From IMG/VR virus record IMGVR_UViG_3300025789_000022: a stretch of DNA of 20,000 nucleotides; one strand, written 5' to 3'. Below are positions 8,979 through 16,171 of this stretch, piece after piece (position 1 is the stretch's first letter; every line of letters starts with the position of its first letter). Source of the stretch: an uncultured virus (IMG/VR IMGVR_UViG_3300025789_000022). Lineage: Duplodnaviria; Heunggongvirae; Uroviricota; Caudoviricetes. Both the position numbers and the translations under genes were made by a program. The notes beneath the pieces are model-generated. The model had not been told where the DNA came from, did not search any database, and saw nothing but the letters and a program-made list of their open reading frames with translations.

Positions 8979-10466
8979 ATGAGCATATTGAATTCAATAC
9001 TTAATAGTCTACAGAATAGTGGACAGGTACATGATTATGCTCATGCCTCACAAATATTTCGCAGCAATAACTTTGCACTTGCACCAAAATTAAAATACCT
9101 ATTTCAGGTTAATTTTATTTTGAGTGCAAATGCGCCTTCTCAAACAAGCACTCGTCAAATAAGTTATCTGGTAAAAAGTGTTGATTTACCTCGATTTACA
9201 TTTGATGTTAAGGATATGAATCAATATAATCGTCATACTTATATTCAAGACCGTATTAAGTATGAACCAATAACTATTAAATTTCATGATGATAATCAGA
9301 ATGAAATGCGTCAATTATGGCAAGACTATTATAATTATTATTATGCCGATGGTACCTATGATCTAAACACCTATAATAACGATGACCGTTACACTGACAG
9401 AAATTTCAGTGCATGGGGTTTAGATCATGGTAGCACCGCTCCATTTTTTAGTGCTATTGAAATTTATAGTTTAAATCGTGGAGATAGTAATAAAATAACT
9501 TTAATGAGTCCAGTTATCACTAGTTTTAGTCATGACACACATGACTATCATGAAGATACAGGACTAATGGAAGCAACCATGCAGATACGCTATAATGGCG
9601 TAGTCTATGAAGATGGATATACAAGTGGTACACCTGGATTTGCAGAAAATGGATTTTATGATCCAAGTCAAAGTGGTCTAAGTGGTCAGTATCCAACAGG
9701 TAGTTATATTGATCCAAATACTGGTTATCTAGTACAACAACCAACCGCATTTACTAACAGATATCAAACAAATCAACCACAAGGTAGTTTTGGATTTGTA
9801 GACCAAGGTCAAAATCTTGATCAAACTGTTCAGGGTGGATTTTCACCACAAGAAATTGCAGCAATTCAACAAAATAATCAAAACATACAGTTTCCTAGTA
9901 CAGTTCCATTACCACCAGTGTTTACACAAAATTTGCCTGATAGTACACCACCTGGTGCTAGTGCAAGCAGTAATGGTGATAACAGCGTAACAAGTGATCA
10001 ATTGGGTATAACGTATGCAGATGGCAGCACTGGGCAAATTTTATCACAGCGTGGTTATAATAATGCTCAAATTAATGCTGGATTAAACTTTGTTGGTGGA
10101 TTATCAACCGATCAAATATCAGCAGCAGCCGTTGCAAATAACGTCGAGAGTAATAGCACTGCGCAGGTTCTTCTTGCCCAAGAATACATCGATAACCCAA
10201 CTACAACTAGTTATGGCACTATAAATTATGGACAGGTATTGCCTGCACCTACTTTTACGTTTAGCGATCCAGCAAACCCAATCGCACCTGTATACAACAG
10301 CCAAACATGGCAACAAACACTGCTTTCTGAAGGTGTTCCGCAAAGTCAGGTAACGTTGGCAGAGTCACATATAAACCAACTTAACTATCCACCAAATACT
10401 GACCTAACTGGTATTGCAAAAAGTTATATTACCTATAGCAACAATGTTAATACAAACGTTGCATAA
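8979..10466 (+). CDS. Tail tube-like protein (gp19/gp48/gp54-like N-terminal domain) with a long Q/N/S/T-rich C-terminal extension
   Basis: The first ~210 aa parallel the tube protein (KYLFQVNF, VKSVDLPRFTF, KYEPITIKFHDD, PVITSFSHDTHDY, ATMQIRY). The remainder is low-complexity and polar. Confidence 0.7.
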   Translation: MSILNSILNSLQNSGQVHDYAHASQIFRSNNFALAPKLKYLFQVNFILSANAPSQTSTRQISYLVKSVDLPRFTFDVKDMNQYNRHTYIQDRIKYEPITIKFHDDNQNEMRQLWQDYYNYYYADGTYDLNTYNNDDRYTDRNFSAWGLDHGSTAPFFSAIEIYSLNRGDSNKITLMSPVITSFSHDTHDYHEDTGLMEATMQIRYNGVVYEDGYTSGTPGFAENGFYDPSQSGLSGQYPTGSYIDPNTGYLVQQPTAFTNRYQTNQPQGSFGFVDQGQNLDQTVQGGFSPQEIAAIQQNNQNIQFPSTVPLPPVFTQNLPDSTPPGASASSNGDNSVTSDQLGITYADGSTGQILSQRGYNNAQINAGLNFVGGLSTDQISAAAVANNVESNSTAQVLLAQEYIDNPTTTSYGTINYGQVLPAPTFTFSDPANPIAPVYNSQTWQQTLLSEGVPQSQVTLAESHINQLNYPPNTDLTGIAKSYITYSNNVNTNVA

Positions 10467-10476
10467 ACGTAAAGTG

Positions 10477-10482
10477 TAAATA
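10477..10482 (+). promoter_or_regulatory. Putative late promoter core TAAATA
   Basis: TAAATA-actat-ATG(10488). Confidence 0.65.
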
Positions 10483-10487
10483 ACTAT

Positions 10488-10847
10488 ATGACAAATACAC
10501 CAACCACACAAAATGCATTTAGTAGTCAGGTATTCTTTAATGGATACTTTACCCAACCTATACAGGTAAGTGCAGATGTATGGGGTCAAGTATATGGATA
10601 CTTCTTTACACTAACAAGTGATGCAAATGCAGCAAATGCTCTTGCACAAAGTGTTATTGCCTTAACATACAATAATAATCTTAATCCGTTGACTGTGCTT
10701 GCTGACTTTCAAAAAAATGCAAACAGCAGTAATGTTAAAACACTTCTTATTAGTTTCTTTAATAGTGCAAAAGGACCAACTAGTAAATTAGGATACAAGT
10801 TAAACAACAATGTATCTACTAATGTTGCTAGAAATTTATTAGCATGA
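10488..10847 (+). CDS. Hypothetical protein, probably virion-associated (119 aa)
   Basis: Lies in the structural cluster, has a TAAATA element, and is ATGA-coupled to the gp4-like gene. Confidence 0.75.
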   Translation: MTNTPTTQNAFSSQVFFNGYFTQPIQVSADVWGQVYGYFFTLTSDANAANALAQSVIALTYNNNLNPLTVLADFQKNANSSNVKTLLISFFNSAKGPTSKLGYKLNNNVSTNVARNLLA

Positions 10848-11290
10848 GTTTAAAATATAGCCAAGGTATTTTTACCCCTAAGAATCCAGAAAAATATGCT
10901 GGTCGTGGCAGTATTCGTTATCGTTCTAGTTGGGAACTTAAGTTTATGAATTTCTTGGATGAGAATCCAAGCATTAAGAATTGGGCAAGTGAAAGCATAA
11001 GCATACCTTATAAAAATCCAATTGCAAATAAAACAAAAAGTTATGTGCCAGATTTTTTTATAGTTTATGAAGATGTCAACAAGAAATTACATGCAGAGAT
11101 AGTTGAAATTAAACCACACAAAGAAACTAGTTTTGAAGCAGCAGGCAAGAGTACTAGAAACCAAGTGCAGGCAGCAATCAATCAGGCCAAGTGGACAGCC
11201 GCTAAACAGTTCTGTGATCGTCAAGGTATGCAGTTTAGAATTATCACCGAACACGATATGTTTGCTGGAACTACAAAGAAAAAACGATAA
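10844..11290 (+). CDS. gp4: Head completion nuclease, T4 gp4-like (TnsA-like PD-(D/E)XK fold)
   Basis: QGIFTPKNPEKY.G, YRSSWELKFM, WASESISIPY, YVPDFFI, EIKP, NQAKWTAA and FRIITE are hallmark gp4 motifs. Confidence 0.92.
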   Translation: MSLKYSQGIFTPKNPEKYAGRGSIRYRSSWELKFMNFLDENPSIKNWASESISIPYKNPIANKTKSYVPDFFIVYEDVNKKLHAEIVEIKPHKETSFEAAGKSTRNQVQAAINQAKWTAAKQFCDRQGMQFRIITEHDMFAGTTKKKR

Positions 11291-11298
11291 TTACTATT

Positions 11299-11724
11299 AT
11301 GAAACAGAAACTTGAAGAACTATTTGACCTAGCACCAGCACCAAGTAAAGAAATTACAGAGGCATTGGAAACGGCAAATCAAATTGAAAGTGCACTGCCA
11401 CAAGTATCCGAGGATACTTTGGACAAAGAATTAGATGAAATTGCTGGACAAGCAATGGAAAGTTTTGAGAACTTACAAAGTCTTGGTATGAATGTTGAAG
11501 CCAGATTTTCAGCACCGATATTTGAAGCAGCAAGCAAGATGCTTGGACATGCAGTTACTGCAAAATTAGGCAAGGTTCAAAAGAAACTTAAGCAAACTGA
11601 AATCCTGCTCAAGATGCAGAAGATGCAGCATGATATGAATAAAGATAATGGTACGGAATCAGATACCATTGAAGCGGAAGTTTGGGATCGTAACGAACTT
11701 CTAAAAACTTTCAGAAAGCAATAA
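11299..11724 (+). CDS. Probable terminase small subunit, T4 gp16-like
   Basis: 141 aa and helical. The central hairpin AMESFENLQSLGMNVEARFSAPIFEAASKMLGHAV, a coiled coil, and the C-terminal DRNELLK resemble gp16-like proteins. TAATTA-N5-ATG lies upstream. The similarity is weak and judged by eye. Confidence 0.55.
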   Translation: MKQKLEELFDLAPAPSKEITEALETANQIESALPQVSEDTLDKELDEIAGQAMESFENLQSLGMNVEARFSAPIFEAASKMLGHAVTAKLGKVQKKLKQTEILLKMQKMQHDMNKDNGTESDTIEAEVWDRNELLKTFRKQ

Positions 11725-11740
11725 ATACTTAATAATAAGG
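11722..11740 (+). promoter_or_regulatory. Putative late promoter TAAATA (11722-11727, overlapping the upstream stop) with SD-like AAGG
   Basis: Read directly. ATG at 11748. Confidence 0.6.
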
Positions 11741-11747
11741 TTAAACC

Positions 11748-12314
11748 ATGAGAACCCTAAGACAGTATATTTCAGAGACAGAAAAAAAGTACGGGTTTCG
11801 TGCCAAGATTGCGCAGGAACTCACCAAAGAAGGATTAGAAAAACTTCAAAAGGTACTTGGACGTTGGAATCTTGAAGCTATCAGCGAGCCAAAGCACTTA
11901 CCAGTGAGTGAAGATCATACAGGATTTTTACATCTTAAGGCTACTGATATCTATATGATTGATATGGTAATTCAATATCCAGCAACACCAGCAGAAATCC
12001 AAGCAGCAATCCATGAAGCAACACAGGTATCCTTAAGCAGAATTTTGGTTCTTACGCCAAATCAAGAAATTCTTGCTGCTCCAATGGTTCCAGAAGCAGA
12101 AGGTGAAGCAATCCTTGAGCGAGATTATCCAGAACAGAAGGCACCACAGTTGCTTGCTGACCTTGCCAATGCGCTAAAAACAAAAACAATTGACTATCCA
12201 TTTGCTGTAAAGCCAACTAAGGGCAAAACCTCAAATGAACTTCCACAGGGAAACACAAGTCCAGTGGGAACAAAACGCAACACGCTGCCAGAGCGTGGCA
12301 GAACAGGACGATAA
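11748..12314 (+). CDS. Hypothetical head/internal protein (188 aa)
   Basis: The N-terminus MRTLRQYISE resembles the T4 capsid-targeting sequence (MKTYQEFIAE). The C-terminal NTSPV echoes the paralogue family at 14291-15593. Confidence 0.7.
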   Translation: MRTLRQYISETEKKYGFRAKIAQELTKEGLEKLQKVLGRWNLEAISEPKHLPVSEDHTGFLHLKATDIYMIDMVIQYPATPAEIQAAIHEATQVSLSRILVLTPNQEILAAPMVPEAEGEAILERDYPEQKAPQLLADLANALKTKTIDYPFAVKPTKGKTSNELPQGNTSPVGTKRNTLPERGRTGR

Positions 12315-12317
12315 CCC

Positions 12318-13064
12318 ATGCAAATGATTGATGTAATAAAGAAATTACAAGAAATACAAGGACGCAGCCCAGAAGAACTTGGTCGTGCAATTAATAGCGT
12401 TGCAAAGTTAAACACTGTTGCACCAACTGAACAAAAAGTTGTTGAGGCAAAGTCAACCGCAATGCCAGATACTAGCAATGGTTCTTATATGGTCAATGTT
12501 CTTAATAAACTTCGTGAACTTGAAACACGTAACCCAGAAATGGCACATGCTATTGCAAATGCTACTAAGATGGGTGTGCCAACAGTTGCACCTGTTGCTG
12601 AAAATATTGAAATTAAAACTAGTGGCGATGACGCAATTCTGGCACAGATTCTTAAACTTGCTGGTATGGTCGGTGGTATTAACGCTCCAGACATGGCGGG
12701 TGCGCCTGGTGACCTTCCTAATGCCCCTAGCATAGGTGGTATGGGCGGTGATATGAGCAGTGATATTCCTCATGATCATGCAATGACTCCAATGCCAAGT
12801 GTTGGTGCTAATCTTCCAAGTATTGATGGCGGACCTAGCATGGACGTTGACATGAGCATGGATAAGGATGTTCCAGTTGGCATGAGTGGTCCAGAAGCTA
12901 TTGAAGATGCTGCAGAGCGTCCTTATACTAATAGCCCACATGAAATGACTAAGGGTATGTCAGCAGCACTGCCAAAAGGCAATGATGTTAATCGTCCAAA
13001 AGCAACTTATCCAAAGGTTTCAGGCGGCGACAATCCAACTCATGTTGCTGTAAGTTTTGATTGA
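12318..13064 (+). CDS. Putative prohead core/scaffold-like protein (248 aa) with an internal duplication
   Basis: Two ~30-aa helical repeats, an ILKLAGM motif and a long M/P/G/D-rich disordered segment. The function is inferred from composition and context. Confidence 0.6.
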   Translation: MQMIDVIKKLQEIQGRSPEELGRAINSVAKLNTVAPTEQKVVEAKSTAMPDTSNGSYMVNVLNKLRELETRNPEMAHAIANATKMGVPTVAPVAENIEIKTSGDDAILAQILKLAGMVGGINAPDMAGAPGDLPNAPSIGGMGGDMSSDIPHDHAMTPMPSVGANLPSIDGGPSMDVDMSMDKDVPVGMSGPEAIEDAAERPYTNSPHEMTKGMSAALPKGNDVNRPKATYPKVSGGDNPTHVAVSFD

Positions 13065-13075
13065 GGAATAATACA

Positions 13076-13672
13076 ATGAACTTTCTAGATTATGTAGCAC
13101 AAGTAGATAGAGCAATGAAAGCACCAGTAACTGGTGATATCGTAAACATTGAAATTGACAGTGTTACAAGTGTTCTAGCAACAGTAGTTGAACATAGCGA
13201 CAAGCATGTAACCATTTCCCTTGACAATCCTTCTTGGAATTTACTTGACCGTAATCGTCTACTAAGTGAAGGTGCAGCGCAGCAAATGGCTGAATTTGTA
13301 CTAACATTTGAACGTGATGGTAGCAAGGTTCAAAAGAAATTCTTACACCAACCTCCTATGGAAGCTGCTGGTATTACTCCAGACTTTGTTCGTAATATTG
13401 CACCAGCAAATAAAATTAGCGAAACGATGAAAGAGCAAGGTTATAAATTGCGTCATGCAAGTGCAAGTCTTGTAGAAACAGACCAACTTCCAGAAAGTGA
13501 AGTAACAGTCATTGCCCGTAATCCAAGTGCAACAGAAGCACGAGTTACATTTGAATGTAACTTTAAGAAAACTAATCAAAATCATAATAAATTATTTTTA
13601 GAAACAGTAGATTGCAGCACCAAGAGTGATACTGCACAATACTGGAGTCTTCCTGTAAAACTCCATAAATAA
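13076..13672 (+). CDS. Hypothetical protein (198 aa; start revised from TTG 13061 to ATG 13076)
   Basis: SD GAGGA at 13063-13067 lies 8 nt before ATG 13076. The N-terminal region (VTGDIVNIEID..ATVVEHSDKHVTISLD) looks like a small beta-barrel. Confidence 0.7.
   Translation: MNFLDYVAQVDRAMKAPVTGDIVNIEIDSVTSVLATVVEHSDKHVTISLDNPSWNLLDRNRLLSEGAAQQMAEFVLTFERDGSKVQKKFLHQPPMEAAGITPDFVRNIAPANKISETMKEQGYKLRHASASLVETDQLPESEVTVIARNPSATEARVTFECNFKKTNQNHNKLFLETVDCSTKSDTAQYWSLPVKLHK
13666..13671 (+). promoter_or_regulatory. Putative late promoter core TAAATA
   Basis: TAAATA-attta-ATG(13677). Overlaps the upstream stop codon. Confidence 0.65.
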
Positions 13673-13676
13673 TTTA

Positions 13677-14282
13677 ATGATTATATGGAAAGAATTAGAC
13701 TTACCACATCCACCAACGTGGTTGATAAAGACTGCTAATTCTTTGTTACCACCAGATTTAAATAATATTGAAGAAAGTTTGTCTCATCATTTAAATGGAG
13801 ACAAATTAAAATATAAAGAAAATTATTACAATAATATCAATAAAAAAATTCAAATTAACGATGAAATTAAAGATCATAGTATGATCTGTGAAAAAAAACT
13901 TCCTAATCACTGTTATGAATGGGTAACGAGAAATATAGAAAATAATATTAATAATTTAATACTTTCTTGGACTCTTCCAAAAAGTAATATTTCAAAAGTG
14001 CATACCGATAACGATGAAGGTTATGTGTTTATGTATATTCTTGATTCTGGTGGTAGGGAAGTTAAAACTAATTTTTATAAAGAAAAAAATAAAGATTTGA
14101 TACGAGAAGGTAGAATAAGTGCAGAATATTTTAATTTAGAATTAGTGGATAGCATTATAATAAAACCACACTGTTGGACAATGTTTAATATTAGAATTTT
14201 GCATGACATTACTGGTTTGGAAAAAAGCAGAGTATCTATTCAAGCACGAAGTGAAACAATAACCAATTTAAAAATACTATAA
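13677..14282 (+). CDS. 2OG-Fe(II) oxygenase/cupin-like protein (201 aa)
   Basis: KVHTD (HxD), FNIRILHDITG (distal His) and RVSIQ (RxS, a candidate 2-oxoglutarate-binding motif). Visibly more AT-rich than its neighbours. Confidence 0.6.
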   Translation: MIIWKELDLPHPPTWLIKTANSLLPPDLNNIEESLSHHLNGDKLKYKENYYNNINKKIQINDEIKDHSMICEKKLPNHCYEWVTRNIENNINNLILSWTLPKSNISKVHTDNDEGYVFMYILDSGGREVKTNFYKEKNKDLIREGRISAEYFNLELVDSIIIKPHCWTMFNIRILHDITGLEKSRVSIQARSETITNLKIL

Positions 14283-14285
14283 ATA
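14278..14285 (+). promoter_or_regulatory. T4-type late promoter TATAAATA
   Basis: Exact consensus followed by atact-ATG(14291). Contains the upstream TAA stop. Confidence 0.75.
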
Positions 14286-14290
14286 ATACT

Positions 14291-14644
14291 ATGAGAGCCG
14301 ACGAGTTTATAAGCGAAGCCAAATCAAAAGTTAATCCAGAACATGCATCAACTATGCCAATGAGTGTAGTTTACCCTGACATGGATATGGGCTACGATTA
14401 CTATCGTTTTATGACTCGTGTTGCTGGTCATCCTCATCATGATGCAGATCATGACCACGAACACTTTAGAGACAGTCCTGTTGCTGCCGCTTATACTCAG
14501 CAAGAAATGGATATGTTGAAAGGCGCAATTCGTGGCACAGGATTCAAATCAAAAGTTATTTCAGACACAAAAGGTGTAGAACCATCTTCTACAAATAAAA
14601 CAAGTCCCGTTCCACATAATAGCGGCGCAAGGAAGAAAAAATGA
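14291..14644 (+). CDS. Small putative capsid-internal protein, paralogue 1 (117 aa)
   Basis: MRADEFISE N-terminus. Shares YPxxD..YxxYRF...AGxP, YT.xE and NxxSPVPHNSG with the next gene. Confidence 0.8.
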   Translation: MRADEFISEAKSKVNPEHASTMPMSVVYPDMDMGYDYYRFMTRVAGHPHHDADHDHEHFRDSPVAAAYTQQEMDMLKGAIRGTGFKSKVISDTKGVEPSSTNKTSPVPHNSGARKKK

Positions 14645-15024
14645 GAGCGCATGAATTCGTAAGTGAAGCAGCAGATTATAGTGGAAGCAAAGGCATGTCA
14701 CAACAGGCTCTTACAACTATTCCTAATGCGTTTGTTTATCCTGAGTTAGACAACAGCAGTGGTTACAAGGCATATCGCTTTGGTGTTGCTCTTGCTGGTA
14801 TGCCAGACCATGACATGGAACAAAGTGGTCCAACTGGTTTGAAAATGGTAACAATTAGTTATACACCAGCAGAAGAAGAGATACTTCAAAAAACTGCTGC
14901 AATGTTTAACACACCTCGTGTTCGCTTGACACCAGATGGTAGCGATGAGCCAAACTATGTTAATCAAGTAAGTCCAGTCCCACACAATAGCGGTAAGCAG
15001 ATTAAGCGCAATGCGAGCAAGTGA
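14641..15024 (+). CDS. Small putative capsid-internal protein, paralogue 2 (127 aa)
   Basis: MRAHEFVSE N-terminus, YKAYRFGVALAGMP and NQVSPVPHNSG. ATGA-coupled to paralogue 1. Confidence 0.8.
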   Translation: MRAHEFVSEAADYSGSKGMSQQALTTIPNAFVYPELDNSSGYKAYRFGVALAGMPDHDMEQSGPTGLKMVTISYTPAEEEILQKTAAMFNTPRVRLTPDGSDEPNYVNQVSPVPHNSGKQIKRNASK

Positions 15025-15187
15025 GATAATTGAAGATAAAAGTTTGGGCTATGCGCTAAGTCAGCATGGAACGCATCTTCATAAAAAAGAAAAGAGTAAG
15101 AATATACAACCAGGCACTAAGGATTGGTTTAAGTTATGGTTTGCTCGCCCATTCTTAACTCACGAGAAACCCCCAAAAGGTAAATAA
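15011..15187 (+). CDS. Small protein (58 aa), absent from the ORF track
   Basis: Hand translation: MRASEIIEDKSLGYALSQHGTHLHKKEKSKNIQPGTKDWFKLWFARPFLTHEKPPKGK*. It fills the gap between paralogues 2 and 3 and has the same MRAxE start. Confidence 0.8.
   Translation: MRASEIIEDKSLGYALSQHGTHLHKKEKSKNIQPGTKDWFKLWFARPFLTHEKPPKGK
15181..15186 (+). promoter_or_regulatory. Putative late promoter core TAAATA
   Basis: TAAATA-atagt-ATG(15192). Confidence 0.65.
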
Positions 15188-15191
15188 TAGT

Positions 15192-15593
15192 ATGAGAGCC
15201 AGCGAATTTATCACTGAACAAACAGAACCAGAACACGAACAAGGTCGTGCGGGCGAACATAAAGACTATGAAGCACGTGCTATGGCTGGTGCTTATGTGA
15301 TTCCTGATGCCAGTGCTAACTTCTATCAAATGTATCGCTATGGTATTATGATGGCTCGTGCACCCGATCCACAACCAGATGCTTATGATGATCAAACTAA
15401 TTTGGGCGATAAATTAATTGTTATGCCATACAGTGACGGTGGTTTAGAAACAATGTTGGCAGCCAGCAAAGCAACTGGAATGGCAGCAAAAAGTATTAGC
15501 CCATATAAAAGTACAGATGAGAATCCAGAAGTAAATCGTGTTAGTCCAACTGCTAAGTTTGTACCAACTAAACGTCCATCACCACGTAGTTAA
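15192..15593 (+). CDS. Small putative capsid-internal protein, paralogue 3 (133 aa)
   Basis: MRASEFITE N-terminus, AYVIPD, YQMYRYGIMMARAP, PYS and VNRVSP. More diverged than paralogues 1 and 2. Confidence 0.8.
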   Translation: MRASEFITEQTEPEHEQGRAGEHKDYEARAMAGAYVIPDASANFYQMYRYGIMMARAPDPQPDAYDDQTNLGDKLIVMPYSDGGLETMLAASKATGMAAKSISPYKSTDENPEVNRVSPTAKFVPTKRPSPRS

Positions 15594-16099
15594 CCTACGT
15601 AATCTAACCAACTCTTATGCTTAATATTATAATTAAACTGTTTACGACGAGCAGTTAGTGTCCAGTAATCTGGTCTAAATGGCTCACGAATTGGCTTAAT
15701 TAACTTATTAGCCTTGTTATGATTACACTTCTTACAAGAAGTTGCGCAATTTTCCCAATTGGTCTTGCCACCCTTGCTCACAGGAATAACATGGTCAATG
15801 TTAAGGTCATGCGGTTCAAAAGTCTCAGCACAATACTGACATTGAAACAAATCACGAATATACAGATTCTGGCGACTAAAGCGAATGCCCTTGCTGAAAC
15901 TATGATAATCTTTAGTTATGGCAAGCGCAGGCACAAACATAGTCGTTGAAGGACTATGAATTTCCCAATCATCGTAGTATTCAAGAATCTTAATACGATC
16001 CATAAAATGTAGTTTAACGCTCTGCTGCCATGGTATGACGCTAAGCGGTAACCAACTAAGCGGCTGATAGTTTGCGTTGAGTATCAGTGTGTCTGACAT
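15590..16099 (-). CDS. HNH endonuclease, McrA/COG1403-like with Zn-binding CxxC pairs
   Basis: RDLFQCQYC, NIDHVIPVSKGGKTNWENCATSCKKCNHNK, and the N-terminal TLILNANYQPL typical of this subfamily. Confidence 0.92.
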   Translation of the reverse strand: MSDTLILNANYQPLSWLPLSVIPWQQSVKLHFMDRIKILEYYDDWEIHSPSTTMFVPALAITKDYHSFSKGIRFSRQNLYIRDLFQCQYCAETFEPHDLNIDHVIPVSKGGKTNWENCATSCKKCNHNKANKLIKPIREPFRPDYWTLTARRKQFNYNIKHKSWLDYVG

Positions 16100-16105
16100 A
16101 TGATG

Positions 16106-16111
16106 TATTTA
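16106..16111 (-). promoter_or_regulatory. Putative late promoter core TAAATA for the HNH gene
   Basis: The minus strand reads TAAATA-catcat-ATG(16099), a 6-nt spacing. Confidence 0.6.
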
Positions 16112-16160
16112 CTTCTCTAATGTGACAATTTAATAATACTACACTCATGAGATATGTCAA

Positions 16161-16166
16161 TAAATA
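16161..16166 (+). promoter_or_regulatory. Putative late promoter core TAAATA for the large terminase
   Basis: ATAAATA-tttcc-ATG(16172). Confidence 0.7.
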
Positions 16167-16171
16167 TTTCC

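Noticed and set aside
4960..10466. Bacterial contractile injection system or tailocin
   Set aside because: Terminase, neck, head completion nuclease and dNMP kinase indicate a DNA-packaging phage.
10844..11290. TnsA-like nuclease as evidence of a Tn7-like transposon
   Set aside because: Motifs and context fit the T4 gp4 head completion protein. No tnsB/tnsC or transposon ends.
14601..14995. DNA similarity AAGTCCCGTTCCACATAATAGCGG versus AAGTCCAGTCCCACACAATAGCGG as a regulatory repeat
   Set aside because: The differences fall at third codon positions of SPVPHNSG, so this is protein-level paralogy.
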